Assembly: GCA_964342675.1 (NCBI GenBank)
Contig: CAYFFR010000002.1
Location: 1 to 62,760 of the forward strand
Origin: an uncultured Gammaproteobacteria bacterium
Lineage (GTDB): Bacteria > Pseudomonadota > Gammaproteobacteria > Magnimaribacterales > D2472
Reading direction: 5' to 3'
DNA length: 62,760 nucleotides
The notes under the pieces are model-generated. The model was not told where the DNA came from and did not search any database. It saw nothing but the letters and a program-made list of their open reading frames with translations. Positions 48,814 through 58,774 of this stretch are shown here, piece by piece (positions within the stretch are counted from its first letter, which is position 1; each line of letters starts with the position of its first letter). Both the position numbers and the translations under genes were made by a program.

Positions 48814-49546
48814 AAAAACAAATTTTGGCTATCAGCAAGTAAACCAACATGAAAAAGAAGCAGAGGTTGGTAATGTGTTTACTTCTGTTGCCCCAAATTA
48901 TGATCTGATGAATGACATCATGTCATTTGGCATGCATAGGATATGGAAAAGAGCCTTAATTGAATTAAGTGAAGTCAGATCAGGCGCCACAATACTAGAT
49001 GTAGCAAGCGGAACGGGTGATTTACCGAAACTGTTCCACAAACAATTCGATAATATATCAATGCATATTACTGATATTAATAACGATATGCTTGCTGAAG
49101 GCTTTAAAAGATCTATTGATGAGGGATTCTATAAGGGCTCATATTTTGCATTGGCATCAGGAGAGAACCTGCCCTATCCAGATCAATCGTTTGACCTCAT
49201 AACTGTCGGGTTTGGTTTAAGGAACTTCACGAATAAAGATCTGGGTTTAAAGGAAATGCATAGATGTCTTAAACCTGAAGGAAATCTATTGATATTGGAG
49301 TTCTCTAAGCCAAATAACAGCCTATTTTCTAAAATATATGACTGGTATTCATTTAATGTTATTCCAAAAATGGGTTCTATTTTTGCAAATGATCATAATA
49401 GCTATAACTATCTTGCTGAGTCCATTCGTATGCACCCTGATCAAGAAAATCTTAAAAAAATGATCTTAGATTCAAATTTTGCAAAATGTGTATTCTATAA
49501 TCTTTTAAATGGAATAGTTGCTATACACAAGGCTAAAAAACAATGA
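48806..49546 (+). CDS. ubiE: demethylmenaquinone/ubiquinone C-methyltransferase
   Basis: 246 aa with VFTSVAPNYDLMND, the SAM motif LDVASGTGD and FGLRNFT. Confidence 0.95.
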   Translation: MNKKTNFGYQQVNQHEKEAEVGNVFTSVAPNYDLMNDIMSFGMHRIWKRALIELSEVRSGATILDVASGTGDLPKLFHKQFDNISMHITDINNDMLAEGFKRSIDEGFYKGSYFALASGENLPYPDQSFDLITVGFGLRNFTNKDLGLKEMHRCLKPEGNLLILEFSKPNNSLFSKIYDWYSFNVIPKMGSIFANDHNSYNYLAESIRMHPDQENLKKMILDSNFAKCVFYNLLNGIVAIHKAKKQ

Positions 49547-49574
49547 AGTTAGAAGCTCATACAGGAGTATAGGG

Positions 49575-51134
49575 ATGGGTTTACTTATCGGCTCTTTCAA
49601 GCTTATCTTTTATGCTTTCTACTATTCAGTCATTAATATACCCTTCCAAAAAAAAGATAATAGATTTCTCCGATGCATTAATTTCTTAAATGTCTTCTAC
49701 TGGTTCAATCATGGAACAAATCCGGGCATAAGGGTTAGAAAATATTTAGAAGCTATGGGTCCTATGTTTATCAAATTTGGGCAGCTGTTATCCACTCGCA
49801 ACGATATATTGGGAAATGATTTCACAGTTCATTTACAAGAGCTAACGGATTCCTGTAAGCCCTTTTCAAGTAACAAAGCTTTAAATATTTTTAAAGAATC
49901 TTTAGATGAGAGCTTTGATAATATATTTTCTCATTTTGAATTAGAGCCTCTTGCATCAGCATCTTTAGCTCAAGTCCATAGAGCCACATTAAAAATAAAC
50001 GAAACAAAGGTTGTTATTAAAATATTAAGGCCAAACATTGAAAGCAGCGTCAAATCCAATCTAAGGCTTCTAAGCCTATTTAGACTTATTATAAATATTA
50101 CATTCAAAGACAGTAAAAGGCTTAAATTAAAAGAGGTTATAAAAGATTATAGGAGAACTCTATTAAATGAGCTTGACTTAAGAATTGAGGCATTAAATAC
50201 AGTACAAACAAAGAAAAATTTTATTAATTCTGAGCTATTGTTCATACCCAAAGTTTTTGATGAATTCACTCGACACAATATTCTTGTTACTGAGGAAATA
50301 CATGGCATCCAATGTACCGATATAAAGGAAATAGAAAATCGAGGGATTAATAGAAGGGCTCTGGCAGAGAATGGCGTTCGAATTTTTCTTGACCAAGTTT
50401 TTAGAGATAATTTTTTTCATGCTGATATGCATCCTGGAAATATCTTTGTAGATGGAAATAGGCCAGAAAAAAATAGTTACATAGCTATTGATTGTGCAAT
50501 TGTTGGGAGCTTAGCTAATGATGATCTATATGGTCTTGCAAGAATGCTAAATGCAACTATTAAAAATGATTATTTAAAACTAGCTAAACTATTTATCTCA
50601 TCAGGATGGGTTGATCCTTCGACTGATATAATAGATTTACAACAGACATTAAGAGTCTGCTGCGATCCGATCTTCAAAAAACCTCTGGCTGAAATTGAAT
50701 TTGGTAAACTCCTAATGTCACTCTTTGATAGCACTCGAAAATTTAACTTAACAATCCAGCCATCTCTAATATTATTACAAAAAACCTTAGTGCATATAGA
50801 GGGTATGGGCAGACAAATCTATCCCAATCTAGATTTCTGGTCTATAGCGGGTCCATATTTAGATAGATGGATTCTAGAAAAGTATCATCCAAAGAAAATA
50901 CTAGAATTCCTAAGTGATAATAAAGTTGAGATCCTAGAGAAGACAAAAGAGTTACCTCTTGAATTGTTAGACATCTTTGAAGAATTAAAAAAGCTTGCTT
51001 CAGAACCTGATATTAATTTAAATCATATAAATGAATTGAGGCTCCAGCTTAGAATGCAAAAATTATTTACATACGGCCTAATGATAGGCTTTGTCTCGAT
51101 AATTTTATTATATTTATTCGCTCAAATAGATTGA
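49575..51134 (+). CDS. ubiB: ubiquinone biosynthesis regulatory kinase-like protein UbiB
   Basis: ABC1/ADCK domain (GPMFIKFGQLLSTRNDIL, ASASLAQVHRA, HADMHPGNIFV) and a C-terminal TM helix. I prefer the ATG at 49575, preceded by AGGAG at 49563-67, over the upstream ATG at 49518. Confidence 0.9.
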   Translation: MGLLIGSFKLIFYAFYYSVINIPFQKKDNRFLRCINFLNVFYWFNHGTNPGIRVRKYLEAMGPMFIKFGQLLSTRNDILGNDFTVHLQELTDSCKPFSSNKALNIFKESLDESFDNIFSHFELEPLASASLAQVHRATLKINETKVVIKILRPNIESSVKSNLRLLSLFRLIINITFKDSKRLKLKEVIKDYRRTLLNELDLRIEALNTVQTKKNFINSELLFIPKVFDEFTRHNILVTEEIHGIQCTDIKEIENRGINRRALAENGVRIFLDQVFRDNFFHADMHPGNIFVDGNRPEKNSYIAIDCAIVGSLANDDLYGLARMLNATIKNDYLKLAKLFISSGWVDPSTDIIDLQQTLRVCCDPIFKKPLAEIEFGKLLMSLFDSTRKFNLTIQPSLILLQKTLVHIEGMGRQIYPNLDFWSIAGPYLDRWILEKYHPKKILEFLSDNKVEILEKTKELPLELLDIFEELKKLASEPDINLNHINELRLQLRMQKLFTYGLMIGFVSIILLYLFAQID

Positions 51135-51187
51135 TTTCATTCTTAGGGAACCTAATTTACAGTATACTTATTTAAACGGAGATATTG

Positions 51188-51364
51188 ATGTTTGGTAACT
51201 TTGGTCTTTTAGAAATTTCGATTGTGCTTTTAATAGTTCTATTAATTTTTGGTGGAAGTAAAATTCGATCCATTGGCTCAGATATTGGTGAGGGTGTAAA
51301 GGGTTTTAAAAAAGCAATAAATAATGATGAGGCTGAAGAAGATAACATAGATAACAAAAACTAA
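51188..51364 (+). CDS. tatA: twin-arginine translocase subunit TatA (not in the ORF track, 58 aa)
   Basis: My translation is MFGNFGLLEISIVLLIVLLIFGGSKIRSIGSDIGEGVKGFKKAINNDEAEEDNIDNKN. This gives a TM helix, FGG hinge and amphipathic helix, with an SD GGAG upstream. The 61-aa minus-strand track ORF at 51172-51357 is its shadow. Confidence 0.85.
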   Translation: MFGNFGLLEISIVLLIVLLIFGGSKIRSIGSDIGEGVKGFKKAINNDEAEEDNIDNKN

Positions 51365-51372
51365 GCTTTCCA

Positions 51373-51612
51373 TTGTTTCAAATAGGCTTTCTAGAACTAC
51401 TGGTTATTACCACTGCATGCTTGTTGGTCTTTGGACCCGATAAGCTACCCGAAATTATTAAATCAATTATAAAGTCTATTTCAAGGCTTAAGCATAAGCT
51501 CTTTAATATGAAAGAGGATCTAAAAAGCGATATAGGCGCTGATGAAATTCAACAAGATATATTTAATGAGTTAAAAATGGATGAAATTAATAAACAAACA
51601 AAAGATGACTAA
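51373..51612 (+). CDS. tatB: twin-arginine translocase subunit TatB (short, 79 aa, TTG start)
   Basis: MFQIGFLELLVITTACLLVFGPDKLPE is the canonical TatB N-terminus. It sits between tatA and tatC. Confidence 0.75.
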   Translation: MFQIGFLELLVITTACLLVFGPDKLPEIIKSIIKSISRLKHKLFNMKEDLKSDIGADEIQQDIFNELKMDEINKQTKDD

Positions 51613-52297
51613 ACAAAAAGAATCTATTCTTAATCACTTAGCAGAATTAAGATCTCGTTTAATTAAATATTTCGTTTCTGTTGTGATCATTTTTATAGTT
51701 TCAATTCCTTTTGCGAATAATATTTATTATTTCTTTACATGGCCTATGCCGCCAAACATACAAATGATAGCCACAGAAGTTACTTCGCCATTATTAGTGC
51801 CAATAAAACTTAATTTTTATCTGTCTTTAATCATTACCCTGCCTTATTTATTCTTCCATGCTTGGGGCTTTGCGATGCCAGGCTTGTATCAAAAGGAAAG
51901 AAAGCTAATAAAGCCAATACTGATTTCCACGATATGTATGTTTGCGTTAGGTATGGTTTTTGCTTATTTTATTGTGGCACCATTAGTGATTAACTTTTTA
52001 TTTGGTATAGCACCAAATAATGTAAATATCATGACTGACATAAATCACTACTTAAGCTTTATGTTAAAACTATTATTTGCTTTTGGTTTAGCCTTTGAGG
52101 TTCCGATAGCAACATTTATTGTTGTTAGATCGGGTTTAAGAACATTTGAGCAGGTTAGAGCTTACAGACCATACTTAATTGTTGCATTCTTGGTAACAGG
52201 AATGATATTAACTCCACCTGACGTAATTTCACAATTATTTCTAGCATTACCAATGTGGGCATTATTTGAAATTGGCTTATTGCTATCTAAAGACTAA
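51605..52297 (+). CDS. tatC: twin-arginine translocase subunit TatC
   Basis: Six-TM protein with HLAELRSRLI near the N-terminus and a TPPDVISQ motif. The start is placed at the ATG at 51605, overlapping the tatB stop (ATGACTAA). Confidence 0.9.
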   Translation: MTKQKESILNHLAELRSRLIKYFVSVVIIFIVSIPFANNIYYFFTWPMPPNIQMIATEVTSPLLVPIKLNFYLSLIITLPYLFFHAWGFAMPGLYQKERKLIKPILISTICMFALGMVFAYFIVAPLVINFLFGIAPNNVNIMTDINHYLSFMLKLLFAFGLAFEVPIATFIVVRSGLRTFEQVRAYRPYLIVAFLVTGMILTPPDVISQLFLALPMWALFEIGLLLSKD

Positions 52298-52300
52298 TTG

Positions 52301-52894
52301 TTATTGATTTATATTTAGTCTGTCTATCCAGTTTTTATTATCTGGTTGTTCTTTGTTCAATAATTTCTCTAATAATATCTGGGCATCATCTTCAAAAATA
52401 ACTTCATCTAAGTTTGCCTGCGTAACAAAGTCTAATTCTACTGATTTTTTCAGCCAGCTAACAAAACCATCGTAATACCCTTTAAGGTTAAGCACGCCGA
52501 CAGGTTTATTAATGATGCCTAATTGATTGCTAACCATAACTTCAAGCAACTCATCCATAGAACCAACCCCACCAGGTAATACTATAAATGCATCACTTAG
52601 CTCTAGAAATTTTTCTTTTCTCTCAAATAAGTTATTAGTTACTAGCGTTTCAGTAATTTTAGGATTAGATAACTCAAATTCATGCAACGACTTTAAGGTA
52701 ATTCCGGTGACTTTAGCACCATGATTTATTGCTGTATCGGAAATGGTTTTCATTAGTCCAACATTACCTCCACCATAAACTATATCTATGCCTTGCTTAG
52801 CAATTAACTTGCTAATTAAAATTGCATGCTTTTCAAAATCAGGGTCTGCCCCAAGATGTGCCCCACAAAAAATAGCTATGCTTTTTATTATCAT
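52301..52894 (-). CDS. LOG-family (TIGR00730) nucleotide phosphoribohydrolase
   Basis: 197 aa with GGGNVGLM and the PGGVGSMDELLE (PGGxGTxxE-type) motifs. Confidence 0.85.
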   Translation of the reverse strand: MIIKSIAIFCGAHLGADPDFEKHAILISKLIAKQGIDIVYGGGNVGLMKTISDTAINHGAKVTGITLKSLHEFELSNPKITETLVTNNLFERKEKFLELSDAFIVLPGGVGSMDELLEVMVSNQLGIINKPVGVLNLKGYYDGFVSWLKKSVELDFVTQANLDEVIFEDDAQILLEKLLNKEQPDNKNWIDRLNINQ

Positions 52895-54048
52895 TCTGAC
52901 AAACCTAATAATTTTTTAGAAATAATATTCAATTGTACTTCTGAAGATCCTCCAGCAATAGTATATGCTTTTGAATAAAAAAAAGATTTAACAATATCGT
53001 TTCTAGTCCCCTCTTGACTGTCAACATTCATAAGCCCTCCCATACCTAAAGCTTTAATATTTAACTCCCATCTCTCTTGCACCTCCTCAGTGCTTAAGTA
53101 TTTAAGGATAAGTCCTGTGGTAGATGCTTTAATCGTACTTTCATCGATAGACCTTTGGATGGTTAAATTAATTAATTCATTTCTAGCCTCATGAGATATA
53201 ACTTCATCCTTAATGATGTCTCTTTCCTCTGACAAGCAGTTTGATAGTTCTATTATTTCTAAAGGTTTTACATCAATGGCTCCTTCAGATTTCATATCAG
53301 CCATCATATTTCTTTCGTATTGCAATAATCTTTTAGCTACATTCCAACCATTGTTTACTCCGCCTATACAATGTCTCTTATCAACGAAAACATCATCAAA
53401 AAAGACTTGGCAAAAAGGTGAGACGCCACTTAATAGCTTAATTCTTTTAACGTCAACTCCAGGTTGTTTCATATTGACTAGAAAGAAAGAGATCCCTTCA
53501 TGCTTCTTTGATGGATCCGTTTTAGCTAAACAGTACATCCAATCTGCTTTATCAGCCTCTGATGTCCATATTTTAGAACCGTTGATAACATAACCATTCT
53601 CTTGTTGCGTTGCAGTGGTAGATAAGCTGGCTAAATCTGATCCTGCTCCAGGCTCAGAGAATCCTTGACACCACCAGATCTTACCTTGAGATATTTTTGG
53701 TAAGAATTCTCTTTTTTGTTCTTCATTGCCATATTCAAGTATCACAGGTCCAAGCATTGTAATACCAAAATTAATTTGAGGATTCCTGCAATTTTGCTTC
53801 CTCATTTCATCTCTTAAAACGTTTGCTTTTTCTTTTGATAGTCCAGCCCCACCGTACTTCTTCGGCCATTCTGGTGTGCAATAACCCTTTTCAACCATAG
53901 ACTTAAACCATTTTCTAGAATCATTATTTGGAAATTTTATCTTTGAGCTAGCCCATACCTGCTCCTCGGCTGGCATAGGTGTTTTCATAGAGTCTGGACA
54001 ATTATTCTGAAACCACTGACTAATCTCTTGTCGAAATTCTTCTTCCAT
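52891..54048 (-). CDS. acyl-CoA dehydrogenase family protein
   Basis: 385 aa ACAD fold (WCQGFSEPGAGSDLASL, INGSKIWTS, C-terminal IAGGSSEVQLNIISK). Confidence 0.85.
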   Translation of the reverse strand: MEEEFRQEISQWFQNNCPDSMKTPMPAEEQVWASSKIKFPNNDSRKWFKSMVEKGYCTPEWPKKYGGAGLSKEKANVLRDEMRKQNCRNPQINFGITMLGPVILEYGNEEQKREFLPKISQGKIWWCQGFSEPGAGSDLASLSTTATQQENGYVINGSKIWTSEADKADWMYCLAKTDPSKKHEGISFFLVNMKQPGVDVKRIKLLSGVSPFCQVFFDDVFVDKRHCIGGVNNGWNVAKRLLQYERNMMADMKSEGAIDVKPLEIIELSNCLSEERDIIKDEVISHEARNELINLTIQRSIDESTIKASTTGLILKYLSTEEVQERWELNIKALGMGGLMNVDSQEGTRNDIVKSFFYSKAYTIAGGSSEVQLNIISKKLLGLSE

Positions 54049-54051
54049 ATA

Positions 54052-54489
54052 TTAAAAACTAAAGTTAAATGTGAGAGGTCCATCATTGATAAGCTTTATT
54101 TGCATATCAGCTCCAAAAATACCAAATTTAGACTTTGAATGCTTTTTCTTCAGATGCTCTTCAAGTGTGCTATAAAGTTTTTTTGCTTTCTCAGTAGGCG
54201 CAACCTGATGATAGCTTGGTTTTTTCCCTTTTTTTGTAGTAGCTGCTAAAGAAAACTGACTGATGATAGCAACCTCCCCATCAATATCTTGAATAGAGCT
54301 ATCTAACCTATCTCCGTGGGTAGAAAAAAAATAAAAGCTTGTGATCTTATCTATAAATTTATTAAGCAAAGGCTTGTCATCATCTGTTTCAAAGCAGACA
54401 AAAACTACAATCCCTCTATTTATATTAAATAAGATTTTGTTATCTAAGGTAATTTCTGCACTAAGTACTCTTTGAGCTAAAGCTAACAT
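54052..54489 (-). CDS. dtd: D-aminoacyl-tRNA deacylase
   Basis: 145 aa with an N-terminal LALAQRV, SQFSLAA and a C-terminal NDGPLTF motif. Confidence 0.9.
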   Translation of the reverse strand: MLALAQRVLSAEITLDNKILFNINRGIVVFVCFETDDDKPLLNKFIDKITSFYFFSTHGDRLDSSIQDIDGEVAIISQFSLAATTKKGKKPSYHQVAPTEKAKKLYSTLEEHLKKKHSKSKFGIFGADMQIKLINDGPLTFNFSF

Positions 54490-54511
54490 TGCAATACAAA
54501 TAATTAGTTAG

Positions 54512-55525
54512 TTATCCTTCTAAAGATTTCTCCCACCTGCCCTCAGCAGCAAGCCTATTCATTAAAGCTCTATGAGAAAATACTGCCTGAGCAGCATCGA
54601 CATTTTCTGGTTTGCCTGACCAAGCTTTCAGAGCTCCTTGTTGAAGCGCTCTACCATAAGAAAAACTAAGCTTCCAATCGAACCCCCCGATTTTATTCAT
54701 TTGGTCTAGATGCTCGGTGGCCTCAATCTCTGATTGCCCGCCTGATAAGAAAGTCACACCTGGTAAATTATTTGGAATATTGTTTCTTAAACATTCTATT
54801 GTCCTCTGTGCTACTTCTTCCACTCCTGCCTTCTTTTCTGCCGCTGATCCGGAAGTTACCATACTTGGCTTTAGTAAGGTGCCTGTAATATTGACGTTCT
54901 TTTTATCAAGCTCATTAAACAAACTATTTAAGCACTCTGATGAAATTTCATTACATTTCTCAATAGAGTGATCTCCGTCCATTAAAACTTCAGGCTCAAC
55001 TATCGGAACCATATTATGATCTTGAGCTATTTTTGCATAGGCTGCTAAAACTTCCATATTGCTTTTGATACAAACATTAGTGGGTATTGTTTCTCCAATT
55101 CTTATAACAGCCCTCCATTTAGTAAATTTTGATCCTAGCTTGGAATACTCTTCACATCTATCGCTGAGCCCATCTAAGCCTTTAGTAATTGTTTCTTCTG
55201 GAGAGTCTTTGATTGGTTCTAGGCCTTTATCTACCTTAATACCTGGTAATGCGCCTTGAAAGTAAATAATATCAAGTATGCTGGTTCCATCATCTGAGCT
55301 CTGCCTTATGGTTTCATCAAAAAGTATAACGCCGCCTATATTGTCTTTCATCCCAGATGATCTGAACAACATTTCTCTATAATCTCTTCTGCTTTCCTCT
55401 GTTGATTCAACACCAATTGAATCGAATCTTTTGCCACAAGTAGGAGTGCTTTCATCAGCTGCTAATATTCCTTTTCCATCTGCAACAATATATTTAGCTA
55501 TTTCTTCAAGGGTGTTTGGGATCAT
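54512..55525 (-). CDS. fructose-bisphosphate aldolase, class I
   Basis: 337 aa with GKGILAADES, the Schiff-base region LLKPSMV and FSYGRALQ, all typical of class I aldolases. Confidence 0.9.
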   Translation of the reverse strand: MIPNTLEEIAKYIVADGKGILAADESTPTCGKRFDSIGVESTEESRRDYREMLFRSSGMKDNIGGVILFDETIRQSSDDGTSILDIIYFQGALPGIKVDKGLEPIKDSPEETITKGLDGLSDRCEEYSKLGSKFTKWRAVIRIGETIPTNVCIKSNMEVLAAYAKIAQDHNMVPIVEPEVLMDGDHSIEKCNEISSECLNSLFNELDKKNVNITGTLLKPSMVTSGSAAEKKAGVEEVAQRTIECLRNNIPNNLPGVTFLSGGQSEIEATEHLDQMNKIGGFDWKLSFSYGRALQQGALKAWSGKPENVDAAQAVFSHRALMNRLAAEGRWEKSLEG

Positions 55526-55535
55526 TGTCTCTCCT

Positions 55536-56675
55536 TTAATTTTGATAACCTAAAGCTATTAAGGATGGTAACTCTTTTCCCTCTAGAAATTCAAGAAAAG
55601 CTCCTCCAGCTGTTGAACAGTAGGATACATCACTATTGCTAATAAACTTATTGATTGCAGCGATTGTTTCGCCTCCTCCTGCCACAGAAAATGCCTTCGC
55701 ATCTGCAATGAGCTTGCTTAAATGAGCAGTGCCATTCGAAAAAGAGTTATTTTCAAATACGCCTATAGGCCCATTCCAAATAATTGTTCGGGCTAATAGG
55801 ATATGATCTTGAATATCTCTAGAGATACATTGGTCTAAAATCATTTCGTTTGATTGTACTTCTGATATTTCTTTTTCAATAGGCTGATCCTCAAGAGATG
55901 CAGCAACGATTACTCTTTTAGGCAACAGAATATTTCCATTATCTAAGATCATTTTTGCTTGATTAATCATTGACTCTTCTATTAAAGATTTACCGACCTC
56001 AAGCCCCTTAGCTGCTAAAAAAGTATTGGTTATTCCACCACCGGTAATGACAAAGTTTGAGATTTCACTTAAACGTTCAATCACTCCTAGCTTGGTTGAT
56101 ACTTTAGATCCACCGACTATTGATATAAGTGGCTCCTCAAAGCAATCTAGAGCTTGTTGAAGAGCGCTCACTTCCTGTTCGACTAAAAATCCAGCGCATG
56201 ATTGCTTCGAGTTTAAAATAGCTGCGTTTGTAGATGCATGCTTCCTATGGGCTGCACCAAATGCATCAAAAATATACATATCTAAGCCTTCATTTAATGC
56301 TTTTCCTAAGTCTTCAGAGTTATCAAGCTCACCAGACATGAATCTGACGTTCTCATGTAAAAGTATCTTATTTTTTTGATGACTATCTTTTTCGCTTAAT
56401 GATTGAATGAGAACAACTTCTCGGGATAAATGTTTTGACAGCTCTTCTCTAACAATTTCGAGTGAAAATCTTTTGTCATATGAGCCTTCTGTGGGTCGCC
56501 CAAAATGAGAAAAAATAATAATCCTACAATTATTTTCTAAAAGATATTGAATCGTCTTAATGGATGCACTTATTCTTGAAGCATCAATAACTTTTTTATT
56601 CTCTACTGGTACATTTAAATCTAATCTAAGACCAACACATTTAGATTTAACATCAACATTGCGAAGTAATCTCAT
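55536..56675 (-). CDS. pgk: phosphoglycerate kinase
   Basis: 379 aa with RLDLNVP, FSHFGRP, GGSKVSTK and STAGGAFLEFLEGKELP motifs. Confidence 0.95.
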   Translation of the reverse strand: MRLLRNVDVKSKCVGLRLDLNVPVENKKVIDASRISASIKTIQYLLENNCRIIIFSHFGRPTEGSYDKRFSLEIVREELSKHLSREVVLIQSLSEKDSHQKNKILLHENVRFMSGELDNSEDLGKALNEGLDMYIFDAFGAAHRKHASTNAAILNSKQSCAGFLVEQEVSALQQALDCFEEPLISIVGGSKVSTKLGVIERLSEISNFVITGGGITNTFLAAKGLEVGKSLIEESMINQAKMILDNGNILLPKRVIVAASLEDQPIEKEISEVQSNEMILDQCISRDIQDHILLARTIIWNGPIGVFENNSFSNGTAHLSKLIADAKAFSVAGGGETIAAINKFISNSDVSYCSTAGGAFLEFLEGKELPSLIALGYQN

Positions 56676-56682
56676 AGAAATA

Positions 56683-58671
56683 TTACTGAAGTAATTCCTT
56701 TGCTAAATCTGCTATATCTTTGGAAGTAAATCTAAACTCTTGCATTAATAAATTGCCTGGAGCACTTTCTCCAAATGTTCTAATTCCATGAACTTTATCA
56801 TTGCTTTTAGCTATAGATCCCCATGAATCAGGGTGTAATGCTTCTACAAATAAAGTGGGTAGGTCTTGATCAATAACTAAATCTTTATAATCGCTTGATT
56901 GGTTTTTAAAAATATCTAAGCATGGAATAGAAATTACATTGGTTTGAATATCATCTTGCAAGAGCATCTCACTAGCTTCAACTGCTAAGTGAAGTTCGCT
57001 TCCTGTTGCTACTATATTAATTTTAGCTTTCTTATTGCTTAACAGTCTATAGCCCCCCTTTTGAATCATCTGCAATTGATCATTGTTTCTTTGAATTGGA
57101 GGCAGTCCTTGCCTTGAAAGAATTAGAGATGTAGGTGTTTCAGTAGAACTTATTGCAGAATGCCAAGCTATTGCAGTTTCTGTTAAATCAGCTGGTCTCC
57201 AGTTATTAAGATTAGGGGTTGCTCTAAGCGTGACTAGATGCTCTATAGGTTGGTGTGTAGGTCCATCTTCACCAAGACCTATTGAATCATGTGTATAAAC
57301 ATAAATGTTAGGAATCTTCATCAATGCTGAAAGTCTGACAGCATTCCTTGCATAGTCCATAAAAACTAGAAAAGTGCCACTATAGGGCCTTATGCCTCCA
57401 TGCAAGAGCATGCCATTGGTTATGCCGGTCATTCCAAATTCTCTAACTCCATAATAAATGTGAGAACCTTCTGGAGAGTTATTAAGTAATTCTGTGTTTG
57501 AAGATGTAAAAGTATTATTGGATCCTGTTAAGTCTGCGGAACCACCTATCATTTCAGGGAGTTGATCACAGAAAAATTCTAAACAAATCTCTGACGCTTT
57601 CCTCGTCGCAACATTATCAGTGTTTTTAATGCATGATTTTAAAAACACCTCAAACTTATTAGAAAATTCTTTAGGAAGTATTCCCTTAATTACTCTCTTA
57701 AGCTCAGCATATTCTTTTGGAAAATCTTTTTTATAATCGCTGCAAATAGATTCCCATTCTTTCTCATATTTAGCTCCTGATCCTCTAGCATCAAAATTTT
57801 GATAGACTTTATCCGGGATTACAAAAGGTTCGTGATTCCAGCCTAAATTCTGTCTTGTTTGTAAAATCTCATCTTCGCCTAAGGGGTTGCCATGCACTTT
57901 TTCAGTTCCAGCTTTATTTGGTGAGCCAGACCCGATATCAGTCTTGCAACATATTAATGTTGGTTGAGATAAATTTGATTTTGCTTGAATGAGCGCTTTA
58001 TTAATGTCTTCAAAATTATGGCCATCTATCTCGAGCACTTCCCAGTTGTAGCTTTCAAACCGAAGCCTAGTATTGTCGGTAAACCATTCTTTTATATTTC
58101 CATCTATGGAGATGTTATTTTGATCATAAAGACAAACTAGCTTTCCAAGTTGGTGAGTTCCGGCAAATGAACATGCTTCGTGAGAAATACCTTCCATAAG
58201 ACATCCATCACCAAGAAATACATAAGTAAAATGATCAATAACTTTATGCTGAGATTTGTTAAATCTAGCTGATAGATGCTTTTCTGCTAAAGCCATTCCA
58301 ACTGCATTAGATAGTCCTTGTCCTAAAGGTCCAGTTGTAGTTTCAATGCCCAAACTAATGTCATATTCTGGGTGTCCTGGGGTTTTTGAATGTAATTGAC
58401 GAAAATTTTTAATGTCATCGATTGAAATATCATAGCCTGTGAGGTGCAGAACGCTATAAAGGAGCATGGATCCATGGCCATTTGATAAAACAAATCTATC
58501 TCTATTAAACCATCTTGGGTTTTTAGGATTATGTCGGATGTGCTGTTTCCAAATTACAGACGCTATATCTGACATTCCCATTGGCATGCCTGGGTGGCCA
58601 CAGTTAGCTTTTTGAACTGCATCCATTGATAAAAACTTAATGGCTTTGCTGATTTGCTCAAGAGTTTCCAT
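56683..58671 (-). CDS. tkt: transketolase
   Basis: 662 aa with GHPGMPMG, the ThDP motif GDGCLMEGISHEA and THDSIGLGEDGPTHQP. Confidence 0.95.
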   Translation of the reverse strand: METLEQISKAIKFLSMDAVQKANCGHPGMPMGMSDIASVIWKQHIRHNPKNPRWFNRDRFVLSNGHGSMLLYSVLHLTGYDISIDDIKNFRQLHSKTPGHPEYDISLGIETTTGPLGQGLSNAVGMALAEKHLSARFNKSQHKVIDHFTYVFLGDGCLMEGISHEACSFAGTHQLGKLVCLYDQNNISIDGNIKEWFTDNTRLRFESYNWEVLEIDGHNFEDINKALIQAKSNLSQPTLICCKTDIGSGSPNKAGTEKVHGNPLGEDEILQTRQNLGWNHEPFVIPDKVYQNFDARGSGAKYEKEWESICSDYKKDFPKEYAELKRVIKGILPKEFSNKFEVFLKSCIKNTDNVATRKASEICLEFFCDQLPEMIGGSADLTGSNNTFTSSNTELLNNSPEGSHIYYGVREFGMTGITNGMLLHGGIRPYSGTFLVFMDYARNAVRLSALMKIPNIYVYTHDSIGLGEDGPTHQPIEHLVTLRATPNLNNWRPADLTETAIAWHSAISSTETPTSLILSRQGLPPIQRNNDQLQMIQKGGYRLLSNKKAKINIVATGSELHLAVEASEMLLQDDIQTNVISIPCLDIFKNQSSDYKDLVIDQDLPTLFVEALHPDSWGSIAKSNDKVHGIRTFGESAPGNLLMQEFRFTSKDIADLAKELLQ

Positions 58672-58714
58672 ATGAAGATTTTATTCTAAATATTCATAAC
58701 ATAATATCTATTGA

Positions 58715-58735
58715 TCAATATTTAAATTAAATATT
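58715..58735. promoter_or_regulatory. AT-only inverted repeat CAATATTTAA-A-TTAAATATTG in the tkt / metF spacer
   Basis: Read directly: 10-nt arms around a single central A, about 40 nt upstream of the riboswitch-like element. Confidence 0.3.
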
Positions 58736-58774
58736 GAGGAAAAAGCATTAAACGATTAGAATATGGCGATAAAA

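Noticed and set aside
51172-51357. 61-aa minus-strand ORF in the ubiB/tatB spacer
   Set aside because: It is the antisense shadow of a textbook tatA on the plus strand (51188-51364), which has an SD and the correct position before tatB and tatC.
54512-58671. tkt-pgk-fba cluster lacking gap/epd and using a class I aldolase as an anomaly
   Set aside because: Class I aldolases and gap-less versions of this cluster occur in several proteobacterial lineages. It is a routine lineage difference with nothing in the sequence pointing to a new function.
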